Shown: in pieces, positions 44,401 through 54,666 of the stretch
How the letters are laid out: each line of letters starts with the position of its first letter
Numbering within the stretch: the stretch's first letter is position 1
DNA from: Tubulanus polymorphus
Lineage: Eukaryota > Animalia > Nemertea
DNA: 64,000 nucleotides
Direction: 5' to 3'
NCBI RefSeq assembly: GCF_964204645.1
Contig: NC_134030.1
Location: 19,366,210-19,430,209 of the forward strand
Position numbers and translations under genes: made by a program
The notes under the pieces: model-generated
Database searches by the model: none
The model's input: the letters and a program-made list of their open reading frames with translations, nothing else
What the model was told of the DNA's origin: nothing

Positions 44401-46550
44401 GTGAAATATTAGTAACTAATGATACACTGCGCCGCGGTGTAGACGCACTATAGTGGTATTCTCGTTATTCAACACACTAGGGTGGAATTTTTCCAAATTT
44501 CTGAATCATCTCCAGCGCTATAGGGTATTGATTAGTCAGCACTGAAAGGGTTAATTATATCCAGTATGAAATTGATTTAGTCAATTTTAGGGACGAAATT
44601 CGACGGTTGTTATATCCGATAAATTGTTAGTTCGTTATAACAAGGTTCCACTGTATTCAGTTTTACGATTCACTCTTGAATCGCTTTGATGTGGTTTATT
44701 CGGCTCATCATTTATCGATTAAAGACTTCAACCGTTTTTGATTAACATATATTCGAACTAATGACTTTAGATGACATCGTGAGACTCTGCCACATTCATC
44801 CCTCGCAGAGATTTGGATTTGATGGCATCGCGAGACTCTGCAACATTCCTCCCCTCAAAGAAACTCGAACCTGACGACATCGCCAGACTCATTCCTCCCT
44901 CACAGCATCGGACTCGCACGGCAGGGATTCTATTTTCTCTAACTCGGTTCTCCACACTTTCCTTGCTTTGATCAAGGTGATCTCTCCCGGCGGGGAGGGG
45001 TGCATCCTCTCCGCCAGGGATTCGAACCTGATGGCATCGAGATTGCCACGGTACGAAACCCTGCCACACTAGACCGAGTGTGCAGCTTCGACGATGTCAT
45101 TATTAGCCAATCAGATAAGCCGTTTTACTTAAGCCCGGATTTTTCCGGCATTTGTAGTAATCGCCTGATGTACCGACCCATGAATGTTGCACCCAAAAAC
45201 TTCGAATTACTTACCGTCTTCGAGAAGTTGCGATATGAATTGCGAATCCAGTACGGAGTTGATATCTCGATTACTCGCGATCCCGAGCACGACTTTCGAC
45301 CAGACGACCGACAGCCACAGTCTCGGGTCGGCCATACCCGAACACCGATCAGTCAGTTCGTTCAACGTCGCCGCGTCATCCGGTTTGAAATTCAAATTCG
45401 CCAACGTCAACAGCATCGCGGCGACGTCGCGTTCCGACAGCTCGTCGGCGCGCGACGCCAAAAACTCGACGTACGCCTCGAGCAGGCGCTCGTCGCGCCA
45501 ACGCAGCACGCTGAACGACGTCATCAGCCGCGTGACGACGGCCACCGAGGCGGCGCGCGTCGTCAGCGAGTCGGCGACCGTGCGCGACACCTTCTCGAAC
45601 AGATTCTCGTCGTACAGTTTGAACAACGCGCACGCGTACATCAGATTCTGCAGCTGAACCGGGTTCAAGTTCACCGGGAACCGGTTCATGTGGTAGAGCA
45701 ACGCGCGCAGCAGCGGCGTGTTGCGCGTGCGCTTCTTCGCGAGTATGTAGACGACGCGGTAGAGGTCCTTCCAGCCCATGCGGTCGGCGACGTCCAACGC
45801 GCGTTCCTCGAGCTTCGCCATCAACGCGCGATCGTCGAGCCCGAATCGGTACATGAGCGTGACGATGTCGCGCGGGTTCGCGATCTCCGCCCAGCGTCGG
45901 TCGAGCGTTTTCAGCGCGGCGTCGTAGACGCGACGTCGCGTCGGCGTCGTACGAGCGTCGCGGTGTGCGTCCAACGCCTGCACGAACAGCGTCGGCGCGA
46001 CGCGCGGCAGCAGCCACAGCACGTGCTGTTCCAACGATTCGATCAGGTAGTCGTCGCGCGACGGGAACAACTCGAGCAGACTCTTCAACGCGCGCATCAC
46101 CAACGCGGCGTCCAGGTCGACGACCGAGCGGTCAACGACGGCGGCAAGCGTCTCGTAGTTCGGCGACCGCGTGATCGCGTCGATGGCCGCCGCGTCCAGA
46201 CTGCCGGTGCGCTTGAAATCGACCAGTCGTTCGAACGTGAGGACGACATCGCCGACCGACAGCTCGCCGACGAGCGCGGCGAACAGTTCGCTCGGCGTTC
46301 GAGCCGCGCGAATCTTCTCTTCGATTCCGTCAGTGACCGCGAATTTGTAGCCGAGGCTCTTCGTCGATAAAATCGCAGGCGCAGGCGACGACAACGCGGC
46401 TTCCGCCGACAGATCTTCCGTTAAGCCGACCAGCGGACGGACTTGCGTCGGACCGGCGGAGTAAAATGACACGGGCGTCGTTTTGGCGCGGTAGAAGCCA
46501 ATGGCGCCACGGCGGACCTGACGCCCTCCGAGCGACAACAGTCGTATCAT
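41459..46550 (-). CDS. TBRG4: FAST kinase domain / RAP domain mitochondrial RNA-binding protein, most like TBRG4 (FASTKD4); exons 46550-45215, 44118-43985, 43389-43272, 42600-42525, 41851-41737, 41554-41459; 624 aa
   Basis: Arg-rich mitochondrial-type N-terminus, helical repeats and C-terminal RAP motif (RLAIRVYEFPDL...IGLHDLTSRLLAKEGYKVIEIPYFEF). All junctions are GT-AG and phase-compatible. Paralogue identity within the FASTK family is less certain than the family call. Confidence 0.85.
43530..43700. repeat. Degenerate ~42-bp tandem repeat family with a B-box-like GGATTCGAACC (also ~44770-45065, ~56070-56130 and ~57370-57535, the last two inverted)
   Basis: Recurring gggattcgaacctgatgRcat..tgagactctgccac. 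Confidence 0.6.
44194..44653. mobile_element. pogo/Tigger-like MITE (TA TSD) containing a piggyBac-like MITE (44263-44550, TTAA TSD)
   Basis: ta|CAGCGGAACCTCGTTA...TAACAAGGTTCCACTG|ta; ttaa|CCGTTTCAGTGC...GCACTGAAAGGG|ttaa. Confidence 0.75.
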
Positions 46551-46690
46551 ACCAAACTCAGTCTGTAATCGATAAAAAAAACATTAGATCTCATCAATTT
46601 AGAAACGTCGCTCCCTCGAACCTTAATCGGTCTAATTGTAACTTAGCCCAAGCAACAAGCAATGAGCCAAAATCTTTGTATCGTCAGATC

Positions 46691-47559
46691 CCCATCTGAC
46701 CTACGACCAGCCTAAATCTACCCTAGAATCCTTACCTGACATCTAAATCTACCCTCAAATCCTCCTCTAACCTCTCATCTGCCTAAATCTACCCCCAAAA
46801 CCTTATCAAACCTCTCACCTGCCTAAATCTACCCTCAAATCCTCATCTGACCTCTCACCTACCTATATCTATTCTCGAAACCTCATCAAACCTCTCACCT
46901 GCCTAAATCTACCCTCAAATCCTCATCTGACCTCTAACCAGCCTAAATCTACCCTCAAATCCTCATCTAACCTCTCACCTGCCTTAATCTACCTTCAAAA
47001 CCTCATCAAACCTCTATCCTGCCTAAATCTACCCTCAAATCCTCATCTAACCTTTCACCTGCCTAAATCTACCCTCAAATCCTCATCTTACCTTTCACCT
47101 GCCTAAATCTACCCTCAAATCCTCATCTTACCTTTCACCTGCCTAAATCTACCCTCAAATCCTCATCTGACCTCTCACCTGCCTAGATCTACCCTCAAAT
47201 CCTCATCGAACCTCTCACCTGCCTAAATCTACCCTCAAATCCTCATCGAACCTCTCACCTGCCTAAATCAACCCTCAAAACCTCATCAAACCTCTCACCT
47301 GCCTAAATCTACCATCAAATCCTTATCAAACCTCTCACCTGCCTAAATCTACCATCAAATCCTCATCAAACCTCTCACCTGCCTAAATCTACCATCAAAT
47401 CCTCATCAAACCTCTCACCTACCTAAATCTACCCTCAAATCCCCATCGAACCTCACCTGCCTAAATCTACCCTCAAAATCTCATCAAACCTCTCACCTGC
47501 CTAAATCTACCCTCAAATCCTCATCGAACCTCTCACCTGCCTAAATCTACCATCAAATC
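46691..47559. repeat. 40-bp minisatellite, ~21 units (GCCTAAATCTACCCTCAAATCCTCATCAAACCTCTCACCT)
   Basis: Seen directly; strongly G-poor on the + strand. Confidence 0.95.
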
Positions 47560-48428
47560 TTTGTTGGTAAGCTTTGATAATGCCGTGGATTGTGAAAATA
47601 TCCAATCATGAAACAACAGCTAAGCTCAAATTGACTTAGACACAATCATCTCGTTGGAACAATCGGCGATTTTTTTCATCGGGAACCTTTTCTGCAACAG
47701 ACCTAGTTACTGTCTGTCACGGCTGCTCTCTGTGCTACGTCTTGGTCCGTAATTTCGTTAATAATCTGTTTATCTACCTTTATTACGCATCAATTTGTTC
47801 AGTGATGAATTTGCATTCAGAAATAAACAAAAAATTTTACAAATTTTACTAAAGTTGTTTTTGTTTTCATCACAACTGTTCCAGGCCGGGGTTCAACTAC
47901 TGTCTGTCACACATGCTCTTCGTGCGACGTTTTGGTCCGTAATTTCCTTAACTATCGGTTTATCTGTAAATATTATGCATCAATTTGTTCAGTAAGGAAT
48001 TTGCATTCAGAAATAAATCATGAATTGGCATAGATTTGTTTGTGTTTTCATCCATCAGCGATAGTTTACCTAGCATACGCTACCGTAGTCCTGAAAAACG
48101 GCTTTCGCGGCCAGTCGCGTGGCGCCACCTACTGTATTTTGATATGTTAATGAGCAGGTGATGACGTCGCTGTAACGTTTCCGAGCGTCCGCAGAGCTGA
48201 TTTTTCAGCATTACGCGAGCGTATGCTGAGTAAACTATCGCTCATAAATGAAAACAAAAACAACTTAAGCAGAGATTGTGGTTTATTTCTGAATGCAAAT
48301 TCCTCACTGAACAAATTGATGCGTAATAAAGGTAGATAAACCGATTATTAACGAAATTAAAGAACAAAATGTCACACGGAGAGCAGGTGTGCCTGTGAAT
48401 GAATGAATGTGCAATCGACAGGTTTTTA

Positions 48429-49731
48429 GGCTTATATCTATTTCAACCTGACTTGAGAGCATTTCGGGTGGCCTAGCTCACTAAGTTTTGGTAGTACATA
48501 CCTGATAAAGGTCTTAATAGGACCAGAAAGGACAGGCAATCGACCTAAATCATCATTTTTTAATCCATTTGAAACTGTGTTGAAGGATATCCAAAAAGTC
48601 TTCACTGAAAGGGGTTAAATGAAGAGAAGTGACTCCATGATTTGAAAGTTTAACAATATGTTTTCATGCCTACGTACCAAACTTCAGTTGGTAGGCATGG
48701 AGACATATTGTTAAACTTTCAAATCATGGAGTCTCTTTTCTCTCAGGAACCCCTCTCAATGCACAGGGGTTTGGCGATGGGCTTGGATTTTATTTCCGGG
48801 TTGTTGATAATCTCGCGAGAATGGCGCTTAATATGAACTGCGAATAAATTCAAAATATCACGGAAATACCTTGTGTTTATATTGTTTATTTATCCGCTAT
48901 AAAGTTCTGATAAACAATTGGTCGTTAAGAATCATTATCAGACGGTCGTCACGCTTTACTATATAAAATCACAAGGGATGAAATGCCAGGCCTCCGCTGT
49001 ACTTAAATTTTCAGCCAGAAAGTTGGGACAGTCACGTGACATTCTGATGACGTCATCGCATTTAAAACTTCAACACGAAAAGTTAACATATTCACAGACC
49101 GATATCAATTGTCAGATTATGATTCATATGAAATAAATAACTTATAAGTAATAAATTATGACGAAATATATAATTCATAGTAAAAAAATGCATTTGAATG
49201 TAAGTTATTCTCAAATATTTTTCGTATCATAGTTTCCATCTTATATGCTTCAGGTTCGCGTTCAGTCAAATAAGAAGCGTTAAGTCACGTGACTGTCCCA
49301 ACTTTCTGGCTGGCACAACTCTGAAGGCGTTTCATCCCTTGTTCTTTTATATAGTAGCGTGACGACCGTCTGATAATGATTCTTAACGACCAATTGTTTA
49401 TCGAAACTATATAGCGGATAAATAAACAATATAAACACAAGGTATTTCCGTGATATTTTGAATTTATTCGCAGTTCATATTAAGCGCCATTCTCGCGAGA
49501 TTATCAACAACCCGGAAATAAAATCCAAGCCCATCGCCAAACCCCTGTGTCTCAATGCATACTTTTTGGATATCCTTCAATACAGTTTCAAATGGATTAA
49601 AAAATGATGATTTAGGTCGACTGCCAATGCATTCTGGCCCTAATAAGACTTTAATCAGGTATGTACCACCAAAACTGACTGAGCTAGGCCACCCGAAATG
49701 CTCTCAAGTGAGGTTGAAATAGACATAGGCT
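48429..49731. mobile_element. Palindromic foldback element with a nested 788-bp long-TIR element (48762-49549, 8-bp TSD TCTCAATG; hAT- or P-like)
   Basis: Outer arms of ~170 bp are inverted; internal hairpin at 48631-48733; inner TIR CACAGGGGTTTGGCGATGGG... of ~270 bp with a perfect TSD. Confidence 0.85.
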
Positions 49732-50536
49732 AGGCTAGTGGGCGGTCGTAGGCTATGACTTCAACAAACAATTAGTCAAAACAATTAAAAGGTCCTTGTA
49801 TAAATTAAGGGTAAAAGTGCAGATCCGCACCTCTCGTGATTGATGCAATCTACAGAATGACAGAATCCAGGCTAAAATCTTTCTAGTGAAGATATCCTAA
49901 AATTAACAGTGGCAATGTACTGAATTGCTGAATTTTGAATCTGAAACAATGATATTTAATGTAGTTGATTGAACCGTTTACGCGGAGATTTGTAGATCTG
50001 CACTTTTACCACATTCGCTGACATCAAACACTAACCTTAGTTCGATATCTTACAATGATAGGACGCGTATTTTAGTGGGATTTGCAGGTCGCTAATTTTT
50101 TAATGCGGCTAGGGGTTTCCCAAGGTGTCTAGCGACGTCATTTAGGGATTCCCGGAACGGAATTCGGCACCGGTCCTGAAGTCCGTATCGACGTCTCAAC
50201 GAGCGGGCCAGGTTCGAACCCCGAAAAAGTTTCACACCATATATTATAGTAGAACGCGGTTTAGAACCTGGTCATAATAATTAGCTTCAAGTTTAAGTTC
50301 AAGTTCAAATTTATTTCACAGAAAGCATGACAGGCTATTTACACAGGTTGAGAGAAAACAAACAATAAAATTTACAATTAAAAAAAGCATAATTATAAAA
50401 AGAAATATAGCCGCAAAGCAGCGGATAACGGCCGGAATGAGTGAATGGTGGCGCATGTACGAGGAGGGTCCTCTGATAGCCCGGCCCATGTGGTCTACAC
50501 CGGGACTATTCATGATTATTGAATAATTTATCCGTT

Positions 50537-50830
50537 GAAGCTTAACGCACACGGCACCAAAAAAACGTTTTTTCCTTGTGAAAAAAAAACGTTTTCGCTG
50601 TTTTTTGCTATGCCGTGTGCGGGGGAGGCGAAACACAAAACGCCGAGCTGAAAAACGTTTTTCGCGAAACAAGCACTGCTTGATTTGCGAATAACGTATT
50701 GTGTAGTCGAAAACGTTTTTCGTCCCGTGTGCGTTGGTTTTATCTTTGCGGGCAAAACGTTTTACGAACGTTTTGTGAAAACGTGTTTTCTGTTTCAGCG
50801 AAACAAATGTTTTGCCGTGTGCGTTGGGCT
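50537..50830. mobile_element. Palindromic MITE rich in AAAACGTTTT repeats
   Basis: AACGCACACGGCA...TGCCGTGTGCGTT terminal inverted repeats. Confidence 0.6.
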
Positions 50831-51024
50831 ATCGTTTACATACAGATTAAAAACAATCAGTGATATTCATTCCTCCTCCCGGTTTCGAATCCGTAATAAT
50901 ACAGACAATTAACTACGTAACAAACAAGATTAATCTTGTATGGTAATGTAATGTAATGGTATATGGGAGGGCGGTAAATCTGGGGAGTTTTACTATGTAT
51001 TTATATTTGAGGAAACCTGGTAAA

Positions 51025-51313
51025 ATGAAACTCGTAACTCTTCTGTTGATATAGTGTTTTCAGTAGCGAAACTGTGCGTTCACGGTTTTGATTGGCCCAG
51101 AGATGATGAGAAGCTCAGAGAAACATGCAGCAAAGCGTGTGCTCCGATAAGGAGACCCGCGAACAGTGCATTGAGGATTGCCACTACGCGGTGACAGCCC
51201 AACGTGTATGCAAGAAACATGAACACTCTGTCGATGCTTTAGTCGCCTGCGCCGGGTTCCTTATGGCTAGGAGGTTTGATGATGCGAGCTATGAAATGGC
51301 CTCGAAACAATAG
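51025..51313 (+). pseudogene. Single-exon secreted 6-Cys protein, cytolysin A-III/parborlysin-like spacing, with two 2-nt slippage frameshifts
   Basis: Removing the duplicated AT (~51049) and TG (~51138) gives 94 aa: MKLVTLLLIVFSVAKLCVHG-FDWPRDDEKLRETCSKACSDKETREQCIEDCHYAVTAQRVCKKHEHSVDALVACAGFLMARRFDDASYEMASKQ*. AATAAA at 51350. Confidence 0.7.
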
Positions 51314-51420
51314 ATTGACTTGGATTTGCCAGAGAAATAATATGCTAGGAATAAAGATATTATGGTGAAAAATATAATCATAGCAATTAGTTCGATTATT
51401 CTTTTAATGCTGCAGAGTTT

Positions 51421-51667
51421 ACTCTGAATAAGTATCAGTAATTACGGGGTCCGAACCCGGGACACCCCTGTACATCCTCTATTCAACATCAGGACCACTC
51501 GGAATCAGTATCAGTAATTACTGGGTTCGAACCCGGGACACCCCTGTACATTCTCTATTCAGAATCAGGACCACTTTGAATAGGTGTCAGTAATTACTGG
51601 GTTCGAACCCGGGACACCCCTGTACATCCGCTATTCAGCATCGGTACCACTCTGAATCAGTGTCAGT
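51421..51667. repeat. 76-bp tandem repeat, ~3.2 units, containing GGTTCGAACCC (B-box-like)
   Basis: Units start at 51421, 51497, 51573 and 51649. Confidence 0.9.
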
Positions 51668-52244
51668 GGCCTGACCTCTGAATGATTTATCTGATATTTT
51701 ATCATCAGACAAAGCGAAGTGCTACAAGAAGGCAATGTTTCGACTCATGAAATCCAATTTTAGAAATTGCTTTGAAAAAGAGAAGGAAAGAACTGGACCA
51801 TCAATATTCATCTGATATAGGATTAGGGATAATCCGACTTACGACTTACGACTTTACTGTATATTCCATGTAAACTAATCATTATCGTGGGATTCAAATC
51901 GATATTTACATCTGAGTCTGTGCTATTTCACAATCTCAGTACATGTACTACTTATGAAACTTCGCGTTACCAAGGTGAACAATGATACATAGTTACATCC
52001 CCTGTTTGAATACGTAAAACTATCCGGAGTCGAACCCCCGATAGAAAGGCATGAACTATTCCATCGAAACATGACCAAATATCGTGTAGACTGTGGATCG
52101 ATTAGATATTTAAACCGCGCACACTGCGCGCGTGACCCGTCATTTGAAAAACATATTACCATCTTGAAGTTTAATACGTTAATTTTCGAATTTATGCGGA
52201 CTTCAAACAAATATTGAAACTAATTGTAAACAGTTGAGCGCTCA

Positions 52245-53326
52245 CTAATCCTCGACTGATGACCGAGCCAGTAATAGTTTCAAACCAGCTCGCCTGAAAT
52301 TGGAATTTGTTATGCTGTAAAGGAGGAAGTTAGCGCACGAATCTACCACGGTCAGTCCGATACCCGTTTTCCGTACAACCATTCCATATTCGTATTTGTA
52401 GTTCACTTTTATATAGCCCCTAGAAATGAATAGGTGAATGATAAACACCGACTCGCAAACGATGTAATTAGTCACAACAGTTATAACCATTCTCAACACT
52501 CTTTTCTCTATCGAACTCGATTCCGTTCGTTTTTCAGTTTTTTGCGCCGATTGCAGCATCTTACCTCGTGACTTACGTTTGACAAGGAGATTCACGATTA
52601 AGGCCGTGTTTGTTATACAAAGGAATATCATCGGAATCAAAACCCCGAATATGAAATCGGGCCCGTTAACGGTCGTCTCGATCCATTTCAGAAGCACTGA
52701 GAGTAATTCCGGAAAATGCTGAGTGGAATCTTTTTGTTCATACTTATAGTCGGTCCCGATTCGCCGCATGGTTTTGCAAAAAGGATAGTCGATCTGGGGA
52801 TGAGTTGAGGAAAGTACATGGCTACTGAACCGAGGTGTATCATCGCTAACCACAAGTTGACGACTTTGCTCGTCCAAAAAACACGTGATTTCAAAGGAAA
52901 CAATACAATTACAAACCTCTCAAAACTCAACAAGAAAACACACCAGTTCCGAGTGAAAAGAAATATGTAATAACATCCGTGAGAAACTTCAACAAATGCC
53001 CTTCCGAAATACCAGTCATCCACACGAAAAACAATATCTCCTAGAAGTCGGTAAATATGAATGGTCCTAAGCGGGTACATGACAAATACAGAAAACGAGT
53101 ACAGAACATCATTGACGGCAACCGCTTTTACTAAGTAATAAGAACGACTTTTCATCGTGTTCAAAATTACGAGGGTAAAACTGTTGAATAGTATACTGAA
53201 AATCGTTGCCGGTCCGAAGAAATATATGTACGCAAATACGCTGAACTTAAAATCCCATCTGATCGCTCTCTGTTTCCATTTCTCGCAATCAGTCAACTCA
53301 ACGACTGCACCGGTCGTGTTTAGCAT
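52245..53326 (-). pseudogene. Intronless rhodopsin-class GPCR (FMRFamide/peptide-receptor-like expansion family) with one frameshift near 52797
   Basis: TM1-4 in ORF 52688-53416 (LSFERF, FPLK), TM5-7 in ORF 52245-52877 (DSCANFLLY...NFRR). The frameshift lies at a G4 run, so it may be a sequencing error in an intact gene. Confidence 0.8.
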
Positions 53327-54666
53327 TGTGTGTTCAGCGATCCTGTACGAGTTGAAGAGGGAGAGAGAGAATGGCTTGTATATCAACGTTTTGACGCCAT
53401 CCACCGTACGTACCAATTACCATACTGGTAATTAATCGTGTTATAGATACATCGAGACCATCAGTAAACTCTGCCGTGTTTACCATACAATCTTTAAAAT
53501 CACATTTCATAATTCTAGCGTTGCTCACTCGACACAAAATGAAAGACACAATTAAGTATGACTTTTTTTCAGGAACGACATACATTTCCATCATGTTATA
53601 ATAACTCTTCGATTGTTAATAGTTTAGTTTACAGCAGCTTTTTCACCGTTGTAGTTTTCAGTGGTTCATGTGATAGCGATTTAATTAAGGTCCTATTGGA
53701 AAATAGAGTAGAGGTTCTGGATAAATGAGGATATATGAACATTAGTAAATTGTCCTAGTTTATAATACCCCAAGCACGTAATCTGGCTTTTTCTATAATT
53801 GATGTATAAAATAAATATGATTAATGTTAAAACCTTCCAATCGTTTCACGAGATTTTTTAGCAACAATCAATGTTGATTCAAATGAAGCCCTTGGGCTTG
53901 GTGCTGCTTTGTTTATTTCGTCGTTATTTCTACCATGAGTTTTTTCGAATAAATGATATTCACTTTTATCCGTGCCGACTAAGTTGGAGGCCCATGAATT
54001 GAAATGCTCTCAAATGCAAATGTGATGATATTTTTCAAAATAGAAGTACATTTTTTGCTCATTCGTTTGTTTATTTGCTTATTCACTCATTCAGAACTGT
54101 TTGTTTCCCAATTCTACACGGTTGACACGGTTCAGTAATAGTCCTCGGAGTAATCCGTAAGAATAGCCTTCGGAGTAGTCCGTACGAATCGTCGTAACTT
54201 TGAAGCAAACTCATAGATCAACTGCCCTCACCGGACAAATTTTCTATAATTATTGATAACATCTGAGACATTTGCATTCGTCGAACCGCCATCTTGATGT
54301 CCGATTCTGTTCGTTTAGCCAGTACATCTCGAACACTGGCCGGAGTACTCCGCAGAGTGAAACGAGCAGACTACTGGTAGTACTAAACACCGACCAAAAC
54401 CGTCCAATACAGACCAAAAACCGTCCAATACCGAGACACCGACCAAAATCCTCCCAGCCGATTAAAATCACTGGTCACACTGTACATTTCTTTTGAAAAG
54501 AGAACGACAAATCGGGACATCATCCTTTCATCAGATATAAGCGATTACGCCGATCCGACTTTATTAACTCGTCTAGGTTAACACGCTGGCCGCTCTTCTA
54601 CGAATCAACTCTTAAGAAAAGCACTTTTGCGGAGACTAAAATAACTATTTCATTTATTGGATTCAT

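Noticed and set aside
45000-46370. 456-aa plus-strand ORF and other overlapping ORFs
   Set aside because: Antisense shadow of the GC-rich FASTK exon; Arg/Gln/Val-biased with no motifs.
46691-47559. CRISPR-like array (also considered for 51421-51667)
   Set aside because: Head-to-tail repeats with no unique spacers, no cas genes and a eukaryotic context.
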